Program-made: the position numbers and the translations under genes
The notes under the pieces: model-generated
Seen by the model: the letters and a program-made list of their open reading frames with translations, nothing else
Told to the model about the DNA's origin: nothing
Database searches by the model: none
Source: Nitrosospira multiformis ATCC 25196
Lineage (GTDB): Bacteria; Pseudomonadota; Gammaproteobacteria; Burkholderiales; Nitrosomonadaceae
Length of the DNA: 32,000 nucleotides
Direction of reading: 5' to 3'
NCBI RefSeq assembly: GCF_000196355.1
Contig: NC_007614.1
Coordinates: 1,890,001 to 1,922,000 of the forward strand
Shown here: positions 19,020-27,967 of the stretch, one piece after another
Position numbering within the stretch: position 1 is the first letter of the stretch
Layout: each line of letters opens with the position of its first letter

Positions 19020-20816
19020 ATGATGCAGCCCCCTGATCTTCCCGATATCGAACAGCAGATCGCAATCATATGCCAACGGCACGGCTGTGAGCCCCATCGC
19101 CTGCTTCAGATCCTGATCGACGTGCAGGAGATGTACTGTTTTATTCCCCCTGAAGCCATCACCTTCATTGCCAGGCATCTCAATCTCCCGCGGGTGAACG
19201 TGGAAGGCGCTGCCGGTTTCTATTCGTTTCTTTCGCTCGAACCCGCAGGCCGATACCGCGTCCTGTTTTCCGACAACGTGACCGATCGGATGCTGGGTAA
19301 CGAGGAACTAATGCGCCATTTCTGCAACAGGCTGTGGCTTGAGCCTGGCAAAGTGTCGGAGGATGGACTGATCAGTACAAACTTTACTTCCTGTACCGGA
19401 ATGTGCGACCAAGGACCGACCGCGCTGATCAATGGATGGCCGGTTACCCGCTTAAGCAAGGAGCGCATTGATCTCATCGCCGATTTGATCCTCAGCAAGT
19501 CCCCTGTTTCTGACTGGCCGTCTACTTTGTTCGAGGTCAACGACAATATTCGCAGGACCGATCGGCTCCTGGGCGAACCGTTCGAACCTGGCTCGGCGAT
19601 CAGGGCAACACTCATGCGTGGCGCCGATGCGACACTGGGTGAACTCAAATTGTCCAGATTGAGAGGGCGCGGTGGAGCGGGATACGCAACGGCGGACAAG
19701 TGGACCGCTTGCCGGGATTCTGAGGGGACAGCGCGTTATATCGTTTGCAACGCGGATGAAGGCGAGCCGGGGACATTCAAGGATCGTGTTTTGCTGAACC
19801 GTTACGCGGATATGGTGTTTGAAGGCATGACCGTAGGCGCGCGACTGCTGGGTTCCACAAAGGGGTTTTTGTATCTGCGCGGGGAATACCAGTATCTCCT
19901 AAAAAAACTTGAAGAGGTACTGGCACGGCGGTGCGAGGCTCGCCTGCTGGGCACCGATATCCTGGGCGAGCCAGGGTTCGATTTCGATATCGAGATCCAT
20001 CTGGGCGCCGGTGCGTATATATGTGGGGAAGAATCCGCGTTGATCGAATCGCTTGAAGGGAGGCGAGGCAAGCCGCGCAACCGCCCGCCGTATCCTGCGC
20101 AGCATGGCTATCTCGATCAGCCCACAGTCGTGAACAACGTGGAAACGTTTGCCTGTTCAGCCATGATCGCCGTGCATGGAGGCAAGTGGTTCGGGGAGAC
20201 GGGTACATGGGAATCAAGTGGCAGCAAGATTCTCAGCATCGCCGGCGACTGCACCTTGCCGGGCATTTACGAATATCCGTTCGGCGTGTCCGTGCGGGAA
20301 ATACTGCAAGATTGCGCTGCGGAAGAAGCCTATGCTGTTCAAGTCGGCGGTCCGTCCGGCATTCTTGTTTCCTGGAAGGAATTCGAGCGCAGCATTTCGT
20401 TTGATGACTTGCCCACCGCGGGCGCCTTTACCATATTCGGGCGCGGCCGCGATATCTTGGAGGCGGTGCGCAATTACGCCCACTTCTTCGCGCATGAAAG
20501 CTGCGGTTTCTGCACGCCCTGCCGGGTAGGAACGCAGTTGCAGAAAAAGCTCGTGGATAAAATTGCAGACGGTCATGGCACGGCCTCGGATCTCGAAGAA
20601 CTGAAGCATTTGGGACATCTCATGAGAACCATGAGCCATTGCGGACTGGGACATACGGCTCCGAATCCGGTGCTGGATATGCTGGAAAAATTTCCCGGCG
20701 CTTACGAGCAAAAGCTCACCAGCCTGTCCTTCGAACCCGCATTCGATCTGGATGCCGCACTGGCGACAGCGCGCAGGATCACCGGCAGAGACGATCCATG
20801 GGCCCACTTGCCATGA
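19020..20816 (+). CDS. hoxF: NAD-reducing hydrogenase diaphorase large subunit HoxF (NuoE-like + NuoF-like)
   Basis: 598 aa with an N-terminal NuoE-like domain and a NuoF-like core carrying GRGGAGY. The 4Fe-4S motif is ESCGFCTPCR...SHCGLG. It starts 6 nt after hypE. Confidence 0.9.
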   Translation: MMQPPDLPDIEQQIAIICQRHGCEPHRLLQILIDVQEMYCFIPPEAITFIARHLNLPRVNVEGAAGFYSFLSLEPAGRYRVLFSDNVTDRMLGNEELMRHFCNRLWLEPGKVSEDGLISTNFTSCTGMCDQGPTALINGWPVTRLSKERIDLIADLILSKSPVSDWPSTLFEVNDNIRRTDRLLGEPFEPGSAIRATLMRGADATLGELKLSRLRGRGGAGYATADKWTACRDSEGTARYIVCNADEGEPGTFKDRVLLNRYADMVFEGMTVGARLLGSTKGFLYLRGEYQYLLKKLEEVLARRCEARLLGTDILGEPGFDFDIEIHLGAGAYICGEESALIESLEGRRGKPRNRPPYPAQHGYLDQPTVVNNVETFACSAMIAVHGGKWFGETGTWESSGSKILSIAGDCTLPGIYEYPFGVSVREILQDCAAEEAYAVQVGGPSGILVSWKEFERSISFDDLPTAGAFTIFGRGRDILEAVRNYAHFFAHESCGFCTPCRVGTQLQKKLVDKIADGHGTASDLEELKHLGHLMRTMSHCGLGHTAPNPVLDMLEKFPGAYEQKLTSLSFEPAFDLDAALATARRITGRDDPWAHLP

Positions 20817-21550
20817 CCAGCACCATTACGATCGACGGAAAGACAGTGCCGTTCACCGAGGGGCAGACCATCATGGATGCGGCGCTCGCAGCCAAGGTTT
20901 ATATTCCCCACCTTTGCCATGATCCCGAGTTCAAACCCCACGGCAGCTGCAAGTTGTGTGTAGTGGAGGCCAATGGACGTAACGTCACATCCTGCACCAT
21001 GCCTGCTTCCCCCGACATGGTGGTGATCAACGATACGCCCGAGCTGAATGAGGATCGCAGGGCGCTGGTGCAGATGCTGTTCGTCGAAGGCAACCACATC
21101 TGCCCGGCTTGCGAAGCGACGGGAAATTGCCAGTTGCAGGCGGCCGGCTACTACCTTCGCATGCAAAGCCCTCACTTCATGCACTTCTACCCCCCTCGCA
21201 GGGTGGATGCTTCGCATCCCGACATTTTTCTCGATCTCAATCGCTGCATTCTGTGTGAGCTCTGCGTTCGCGCCAGCCGCGATATCGATAAAAAGAACGT
21301 GTTCGGCATTTCAGGGCGAGGCATAGATTCTCATCTTGCGGTCAATTCCGAAAGCGGCAGATTGGGCGACACCGACATGGCGGTAACCGACAAGGCCGCG
21401 CATGTTTGCCCCACCGGCGCTATTCTGATCAAACGCAAAGGTTATACTGTACCCATAGGGCAGCGGATATTCGATCAGAAGACGCTGCGCGAATTCCATC
21501 TGGAGCAGCAGAAGCGAGTCGAGTCTGAGGATGGACCGGATGGCGGATGA
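20813..21550 (+). CDS. hoxU: NAD-reducing hydrogenase diaphorase Fe-S subunit HoxU (NuoG N-terminal-like)
   Basis: ATG 20813 forms an ATGA overlap with the hoxF stop. It has a 2Fe-2S motif CHDPEFKPHGSCKLCVVE and further clusters CPACEATGNCQLQ and CILCELCVRA. The track ORF start at 20639 lies inside hoxF. Confidence 0.9.
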   Translation: MTSTITIDGKTVPFTEGQTIMDAALAAKVYIPHLCHDPEFKPHGSCKLCVVEANGRNVTSCTMPASPDMVVINDTPELNEDRRALVQMLFVEGNHICPACEATGNCQLQAAGYYLRMQSPHFMHFYPPRRVDASHPDIFLDLNRCILCELCVRASRDIDKKNVFGISGRGIDSHLAVNSESGRLGDTDMAVTDKAAHVCPTGAILIKRKGYTVPIGQRIFDQKTLREFHLEQQKRVESEDGPDGG

Positions 21551-22088
21551 AAAACCCAAGATTCGCATCGCGACCTGTTCCCTGGCAGGATGTTTCGGCT
21601 GCCATACCTCACTGCTCGATATCGACGAGCGGCTGTTTGATCTTATGGAGATGGTCGAATTCGACCGCACTCCCTTCACGGATATCAAGCATTGCGGTCC
21701 GTGCGATATCGGCATTGTCGAAGGCGGGGTCAGCAATGCCGAGAATGCCCGGGTGCTTAAGGAATTCCGCGAGAATTGCAACGTGCTGGTGGCAATCGGC
21801 TCCTGCGCGATCACGGGTAACGTTCCAGCGCTGCGCAACAATATCGATTTGTGGGACTGCTTTCAGGAGGTGTATTTGTATGACTCTGGAACAGAAGGCA
21901 AGCAGATACCCAACGATCCAGAGTTGCCGCTTCCATTCGACAAGGTGTATCCCATCTACGAGGTCGTGAAAGTGGATTATTTCCTGCACGGCTGCCCTCC
22001 CCCTGCCGATGCGATCTGGAGATTTCTCACTGCCCTGATCCAGGGAAGAGAGCCGGAGATCGGTTATGAATCGCTCCGGTACGATTAG
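21540..22088 (+). CDS. hoxY: [NiFe]-hydrogenase small subunit HoxY
   Basis: Proximal-cluster Cys motif CSLAGCFGCH, then GSCA and HGCPP. ATG 21540 sits 9 nt after a GAGG; ATG 21531 is the alternative start. It overlaps the hoxU stop. Confidence 0.88.
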   Translation: MADEKPKIRIATCSLAGCFGCHTSLLDIDERLFDLMEMVEFDRTPFTDIKHCGPCDIGIVEGGVSNAENARVLKEFRENCNVLVAIGSCAITGNVPALRNNIDLWDCFQEVYLYDSGTEGKQIPNDPELPLPFDKVYPIYEVVKVDYFLHGCPPPADAIWRFLTALIQGREPEIGYESLRYD

Positions 22089-22153
22089 GATATTCCCCTT
22101 GTGCTGTCCCTTGCCTGCACCAATAGCGGTCGGAAGGAATATGGGAGTAGCGG

Positions 22154-23635
22154 ATGACATCTGAACTGGAAACTGCCGCGAATCCAGAGAAGCTTAAGCG
22201 GATCGTAATCGAACCGGTCACCCGCGTGGAAGGTCATGGCAAAGTGACCCTCCTGCTGGATGAGGATAACCGGGTGCAGCAGGCGCGCTTTCACATCGTC
22301 GAATTTCGCGGCTTCGAGAAATTCATTCAGGGACGTCCCTATACGGAAGTACCGGTATTGGTGCAGCGCCTCTGCGGCATTTGCCCGGTGAGTCACAATC
22401 TTGCCGCTTCCAAGGCGATGGATGTGATCGTGGGGGCAGCGCCTCCCCCCGCGGCCGACAAGCTGCGCCGCCTGATGCACATGGGGCAAATGCTGCAATC
22501 GCACGCGCTGCATTTTTTCCATCTCTCCTCTCCCGACCTGCTCTTCGGCTTCGATGCGGAAGTGGGGAAACGCAACATCGCCGGTCTTGCCATGCAATTC
22601 CCCGATATCGCCAGGCAAGGGGTCGGATTGCGCAAGTTTGGCCAGGAAGTCATCCGCATGACGAGCGGCAAGCGCGTACACGGCACAGGCGTGATTCCAG
22701 GCGGCATGAGCAAAAATTTATCTCGCGAAGATCGGGATTGGCTGCTCGCCGAGATAGACCAGGTTGTGCGCTGGAGCCAGCAAGCAGTGAACCTTATCAA
22801 GCGTCTTTATGGCGAGCATAAGGATTTTTACAACAACTTTGGCTATTACCGCTCGAGTTTCATGAGCCTCGTGCGTGAAGACGGGGCCATGGACCTGTAT
22901 CACGGGAACCTCCGGGCTATAGATGACAAGGGCCAGACCATTTTCGACCACGTGGATTACAGCCACTACGGGGATTACATCCACGAAGAAGTGAAGTCAT
23001 GGTCTTACATGAAATTTCCGTTCATACGTTCCCAAGGCAGGGAGGAAGGCTGGTACAGGGTGGGGCCGCTGGCGCGCGTCAACAACTGCGATTTCATCCC
23101 TACTCCTCTGGCGGAGGCCGAGCGCAAAATTTTCAAGGAATATGACGGGGGGCGTGCGTCCCATGCCACGCTCTCCTTTCACTGGGCGCGCATGATCGAA
23201 ATGCTCCACTCTGCGGAGGCGATACGGGAGCTATTGCACGATGACGATTTGCTGAGCGACGACCTGGTGAACATCGGGGAACGACAGCTGCGTGGCGTAG
23301 GCGTAATCGAGGCGCCGCGAGGAACATTGATCCACCACTATCGGATCAACGAAGACGAGCAGATCGTGCGCGCCAATCTGATTGTAGCCACTACGCATAA
23401 TAATCAGGCGATGAACGAAGCCATACGCCAAGTGTCGTTGCAATACCTCGACGGGCAGCAGCTTACCGAAGGCTTGCTCAATTATATCGAGGTAGCGATC
23501 CGCGCGTTCGACCCCTGTCTTTCCTGCGCGACTCACGCCTTGGGAAAAATGCCGCTGGAAGTGGAGCTGGTGGATGCGGAAGGAGCAAGAGTAAAGAGAA
23601 TAATTAAGGATTCCGATGGGGGGTACCGCGCTTAA
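22154..23635 (+). CDS. hoxH: [NiFe]-hydrogenase large subunit HoxH
   Basis: 493 aa with the N-terminal Ni-Fe ligand motif RLCGICPVSH and C-terminal DPCLSCATH. A 32-aa extension follows (protease substrate). SD GGGAG lies 6 nt upstream of the ATG. Confidence 0.95.
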   Translation: MTSELETAANPEKLKRIVIEPVTRVEGHGKVTLLLDEDNRVQQARFHIVEFRGFEKFIQGRPYTEVPVLVQRLCGICPVSHNLAASKAMDVIVGAAPPPAADKLRRLMHMGQMLQSHALHFFHLSSPDLLFGFDAEVGKRNIAGLAMQFPDIARQGVGLRKFGQEVIRMTSGKRVHGTGVIPGGMSKNLSREDRDWLLAEIDQVVRWSQQAVNLIKRLYGEHKDFYNNFGYYRSSFMSLVREDGAMDLYHGNLRAIDDKGQTIFDHVDYSHYGDYIHEEVKSWSYMKFPFIRSQGREEGWYRVGPLARVNNCDFIPTPLAEAERKIFKEYDGGRASHATLSFHWARMIEMLHSAEAIRELLHDDDLLSDDLVNIGERQLRGVGVIEAPRGTLIHHYRINEDEQIVRANLIVATTHNNQAMNEAIRQVSLQYLDGQQLTEGLLNYIEVAIRAFDPCLSCATHALGKMPLEVELVDAEGARVKRIIKDSDGGYRA

Positions 23636-23906
23636 CTATCTACTATCGATCTGGAAATGGGATTCCCACTTAAAACAACATTAAGGCGATCGCAATGTTT
23701 TTATCCCTCATTGGAACTGCTCGGAATAACTAACGAAAGAAAAAGAGCGGCTATACAAGCAAGGATCTTTACTTACCCTATCACCCTGCTTGAAAGCGCA
23801 AGGGGATCAAAACTCTATGATTTCTCTTATACTAAAAATAGATCGGCTGCTGTTCAGCAGATGGTTATGGATACCTCTTTGACAAATAATAGAAAGGAGT
23901 GGTGAA

Positions 23907-24629
23907 ATGAAAATTACTTCGTTTACAGGTATCCTTACATACGCCTTCCTATTCTTATTTTCAGGATTTGCACAGGCTGTTTCGGTTTCTGTCCCGGGAA
24001 CCGCCAACCCTTACCTGGCAGGAATGCCGGATGGATCAACCGCCCTGCCTGACCGGGCTCCTTATCAATCCCCGGTAGAGGTCACCGGGTTAAACCTTGC
24101 AACTAGCGGAAAATTGACATTTACAGGGGCTACCGGTGGCGTTAGCAATACTCCTACCTGCGATGGAACAAATTGCAGTTCCATTGACGGTAACGTATAT
24201 AACGGCGTCCTGTTCTATGATCATGGGGAGGATGCCCAGAATGGGATATCGGACATCAAGGCGCCGATCAATTCGCTGGTTGGCGTATTTTTGACGGACA
24301 GCAGACCTGATTTGACCCCGGCGCCTTCCAAACTGGACTTTGAGGCAACTGGCCTGAATTTTACCGCTCTGTCGCCGGAGCTCAAGCAAGTGTTCTTTAT
24401 TGGCGATGGGATGACATCCGACGGCACAATACAGCAATTTTCCATTCCATCTTCTGCCACCCGTCTTTTCCTCGGCACAATGGATGGGGGCGAATGGTTG
24501 AACAATAGCGGTGCCATCCTGGTCAATGTCGCTCAAGTAGTACCCGAACCAGAGGTTTACTCCATGCTCTTTGCCGGACTCATACTTTTGGGGTGTGTAG
24601 CAAAGAGGCGGAGAAGCCGGGAAGCCTAA
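23907..24629 (+). CDS. Secreted PEP-CTERM-anchored protein of unknown function
   Basis: 240 aa. Sec signal peptide MKITSFTGILTYAFLFLFSGFAQA|VS. The C-terminal sorting signal is VPEP, a hydrophobic helix, then RRRSR. SD AAGGAG lies 7 nt before the ATG. Confidence 0.8.
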   Translation: MKITSFTGILTYAFLFLFSGFAQAVSVSVPGTANPYLAGMPDGSTALPDRAPYQSPVEVTGLNLATSGKLTFTGATGGVSNTPTCDGTNCSSIDGNVYNGVLFYDHGEDAQNGISDIKAPINSLVGVFLTDSRPDLTPAPSKLDFEATGLNFTALSPELKQVFFIGDGMTSDGTIQQFSIPSSATRLFLGTMDGGEWLNNSGAILVNVAQVVPEPEVYSMLFAGLILLGCVAKRRRSREA

Positions 24630-25138
24630 AGATCTCACGCATTTCAGATTTAACACCTCCCCTACTGGTCTTCGGATACGGCAACCCCAGCCGGGGGGAC
24701 GATGCCCTGGGGCCCCTGCTGATAGAGCGCCTGGAAGCGCTTGACTTGCCCAATGTAGAGCTGCTCACGGATTTTCAGCTCCAGATCGAGCATGCTTTGG
24801 ACCTGCAGAGCCGCGAAAGGGTGTTGTTCGTGGACACCAGTATCTCCTGCGTACCACCTTACGCCTTTTCCCGGCTTCTTGCGCGCAAAGATGTCAGTTT
24901 CACTAGTCACGTGATGAGCCCAATAGCACTCCTGTACGCCTATCTGAACCTATATGGGCCTCCTCCTCCTGCTTATCTAATTGAAATTCGCGGAGACTGC
25001 TTCGAACTGGGAGAACCCCTCGGTCCTCGAGCTGCTGCCAATCTGGATGCCTCCTTCCAGTTGGCAAGGAGGTTATGTTCAAATCTCGATTTGTGTGCAT
25101 GGGAGGAATTTGTGAATCATGAGCAAGCATTACCTTAG
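24593..25138 (+). CDS. hoxW: Hydrogenase maturation endopeptidase HoxW (start uncertain)
   Basis: The conserved protease N-terminus LLVFGYGNPSRGDDALGPLL begins at codon 24 of the ORF. The only canonical in-frame start is GTG 24593, which lies 37 nt inside the preceding gene. The size matches the HybD/HoxW family. Confidence 0.75.
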   Translation: MCSKEAEKPGSLKISRISDLTPPLLVFGYGNPSRGDDALGPLLIERLEALDLPNVELLTDFQLQIEHALDLQSRERVLFVDTSISCVPPYAFSRLLARKDVSFTSHVMSPIALLYAYLNLYGPPPPAYLIEIRGDCFELGEPLGPRAAANLDASFQLARRLCSNLDLCAWEEFVNHEQALP

Positions 25139-27788
25139 TCCCCTTTTTACGCCCAGGTCGGTTGCCGTATTCGGCGCAAGCAATACCTCAGGCAAGGTCG
25201 GCTACGTCGTGTTTGAAAACATGTTGAAAAGCGGTTTTCAGGGGGCGCTCTACCCCATCAATCCTAAATATCCCGAGGTACAGGGAAGACCGGCCTATTC
25301 TTCCATCGGTGTGATTCACGAGCCGGTTGAACTGGCTGTGATTGCCACGCCACCTCAGACAGTGCCTGGCATCATCGAGAACTGCGGCAACGAGGGCGTA
25401 AAGGCGGCGATCATCATTACTGCCGGTTTTCAGGAGGAAGGAGATCGCCTGGAGGAGCAATTGCTGGCCACCGCCCGCGCTTTCGGTATTCGCCTTGTCG
25501 GCCCCAACTGCCTGGGCATCATGCGCCCCTCGATCGGGCTCAATGCCACGTTTTACAAAGGGGGAGCCAACAGCGGGAACATCGCGTTCGTCTCCCAGTC
25601 CGGCGCGCTCTGTACCGCCATTCTCGATTGGGCGCAAAACAACGACGTAGGCTTTTCAAGCATCGTCTCGATGGGCTCATCGACCGATGTCGATTTCGGG
25701 GAGATTCTTGATTATCTGGTGGCTGATACTGCCACGCAGAGCATTCTGATGTATATCGAAGGAATCCGGGATGCCCGCCGGTTCATGAGTGCGCTTCGCG
25801 CCGCGACCCGGCTCAAACCCGTGATCGTTGTAAAGGTCGGCCGCCATGCGGCGGGGGCAAAGGCGGCGCGTTCACATACCGCTGCACTGGTGGGAGCCGA
25901 TAATGTGTTCAATGCAGCACTCAACCGGGTGGGTGCGGTGCGTGTGCAGACCGTCACCCAACTCTTTACAGCAGCGAAGGCGCTATCGCTCAATTTCTGC
26001 CGATTCGGCAATCGGCTCGCCATCGTCACCAATGGCGGAGGCCCGGGCGTCATGGCGGCTGACCGGGCTGAAGACTTGGGCCTGGTCCTGGCGCCCCTTG
26101 AGGATGCCACGCTTCAATACCTTGATCAGCATCTGCCTCAGCATTGGTCCCACGGAAATCCGGTCGACATTATTGGCGATGCCGGAGCGGATCGCTACCG
26201 CCACGCGGTGAAAGCCTGCCTCGAAGATGAGAACGTGGACGGAGTGCTGACTATCCTCACCCCACAGGCCATGACGGCGCCCCTCGAATCGGCACAGGCG
26301 CTGATAGCCCTTTCCGCCGCGCACTGTAAGCCACTGCTAGCCTGTTGGATGGGCGAAACACAAGTTGCCTCGGCGCGGGAGGCCTTCGCCCGGGCCCGTA
26401 TACCCTACTTTCGTACCCCCGAGCCCGCAGTTGAGGTTTTCTCCCATCTCTCGGCCTATTACCGCAACCAGCAATTGCTGGGACAAATGCCGGGGCCACT
26501 TTCGCATTATCTCGAACCCAACGTGGAAAGCGCTCGGGTCATTATCGAAGGGGCCATGCAGGAACAGCGGACAATATTGACGGCAATGGAATCCAAGGCA
26601 GTTCTGGCGGCATTCCATATTCCCGTCGCTCCGACGATGCTCGCCCGCTCCCCGGCCGAAGCACTTCTCATCGCGCAGCAACTGGGATTTCCAGTAGTGA
26701 TGAAAATCAACTCACCCGATATCACCCACAAGACCGACGTAGGCGGCGTCTTGCTCAACCTGAAAAATGCCCACGAAGTTCGTGCCGCATATCAGGATAT
26801 GCTGGATACCGTGCGGGAGAAACGCCCTGAGGCACATCTGGAGGGGGTTTCCATCGAACCCATGATTCGCAAGGCCAATGGCCGGGAATTGATGGTCGGG
26901 GTTACCAGCGATCCGGCGTTCGGACCCGTCATCACATTCGGGCCGGGCGGCACCGATGTCGAGATCAGGAGCACGCCTGCGATTGCCCTGCCGCCGCTAA
27001 ACAAATTTCTGTCAAGAGAACTGATAAGGGAAGCCAACATTGCCAGGCTGCTGGGCGCATTTCGCCAGATGTCTCCGGCTAACCTTGGAGCGCTGGAAGA
27101 CGTGCTCTTGCGCGTCTCGGAAATGGTATGCGAACTGCCCTTCCTCAAGGAGATGGATATCAACCCGCTCATCCTCGATGAAGCAGGTGCCCTGGCTGCA
27201 GACGCCCGCATCATTGTGGAATACCGTAAACCCGGCGCTGATCGCTATGCGCACATGGCCATCGCCCCCTATCCGGCCCACCTCGTCAACCATTGGCAGC
27301 TGGCCGATGGCACCGACATCATCATTCGTCCAATCCGCCCGGAAGATGCCGAACTGGACCAGCGGTTCATTCGCGGGCTATCGAAGGAATCCCGGTACTT
27401 CCGCTTCATGCAGGCAATGCAGGAGTTGCCGGAAACGCTGCTCGCATCGCTCACCCAGATTGACTATGGCCGGGAGATGGCGCTCATCGCCGTTACCGAG
27501 GATAAAGGCCATGAAGCCGCCCTGGGCGTTGCCCGTTATATCATCAATCCGGATGGAAGCACCTGCAATTTCGCCGTGGCCGTGGCCGACAGCATTGCCG
27601 GAAAAGGATTGGGAGGAAAACTGATGGTTTCCCTGATGGCTGCTGCCCGGGAGCAGGGACTGAAAGAGATGGAAGGCAGCGTACTCAACAACAACCACCG
27701 CATGCTCAAATTCATGAATGATCTCGGTTTCGCCATCAAACCCGACAAGGAGGACCACGGACTCATGAAAGTGAGCAAGGTGTTGTAA
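25119..27788 (+). CDS. pat: Pat/PatZ-type protein lysine acetyltransferase (ADP-forming acyl-CoA synthetase-like domains + C-terminal GNAT)
   Basis: 889 aa with an N-terminal CoA-binding fold (RSVAVFGASNTSGKVGY), succinyl-CoA-synthetase-like and ATP-grasp regions, and a C-terminal GNAT domain (IIIRPIRPEDAELDQRFIRGLSKESRYFRF). Length and architecture match enterobacterial Pat. It overlaps hoxW by 20 nt. Confidence 0.88.
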   Translation: MSKHYLSPLFTPRSVAVFGASNTSGKVGYVVFENMLKSGFQGALYPINPKYPEVQGRPAYSSIGVIHEPVELAVIATPPQTVPGIIENCGNEGVKAAIIITAGFQEEGDRLEEQLLATARAFGIRLVGPNCLGIMRPSIGLNATFYKGGANSGNIAFVSQSGALCTAILDWAQNNDVGFSSIVSMGSSTDVDFGEILDYLVADTATQSILMYIEGIRDARRFMSALRAATRLKPVIVVKVGRHAAGAKAARSHTAALVGADNVFNAALNRVGAVRVQTVTQLFTAAKALSLNFCRFGNRLAIVTNGGGPGVMAADRAEDLGLVLAPLEDATLQYLDQHLPQHWSHGNPVDIIGDAGADRYRHAVKACLEDENVDGVLTILTPQAMTAPLESAQALIALSAAHCKPLLACWMGETQVASAREAFARARIPYFRTPEPAVEVFSHLSAYYRNQQLLGQMPGPLSHYLEPNVESARVIIEGAMQEQRTILTAMESKAVLAAFHIPVAPTMLARSPAEALLIAQQLGFPVVMKINSPDITHKTDVGGVLLNLKNAHEVRAAYQDMLDTVREKRPEAHLEGVSIEPMIRKANGRELMVGVTSDPAFGPVITFGPGGTDVEIRSTPAIALPPLNKFLSRELIREANIARLLGAFRQMSPANLGALEDVLLRVSEMVCELPFLKEMDINPLILDEAGALAADARIIVEYRKPGADRYAHMAIAPYPAHLVNHWQLADGTDIIIRPIRPEDAELDQRFIRGLSKESRYFRFMQAMQELPETLLASLTQIDYGREMALIAVTEDKGHEAALGVARYIINPDGSTCNFAVAVADSIAGKGLGGKLMVSLMAAAREQGLKEMEGSVLNNNHRMLKFMNDLGFAIKPDKEDHGLMKVSKVL

Positions 27789-27967
27789 GAATAGTACGCA
27801 GCAATTCAATTGCTTGCCACTCTAGCGGCGGAACAGTACCTAAAAATGGTGTTCAGTATGGTTTTGTCTGAGGTGCGTTCTCATCAGTATCGGCATTGCT
27901 ATATCGGTGAAGCGTTTGGGTAACATCAGTGTCATAGTGAGGTTTGATCTGATACTGACTGTCAAAT

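Noticed and set aside
23657-23905. 82-aa ORF in the AT-rich spacer between hoxH and the PEP-CTERM gene
   Set aside because: It has no SD and an atypical composition, and it ends at the SD of the next gene. It is more likely an untranslated leader or insertion scar.
27799-27818. Hairpin gcagcaatt-c-aattgcttgc just after the pat stop
   Set aside because: The stem is imperfect and needs a bulge, and no T-tract follows, so it is not convincing as an intrinsic terminator.
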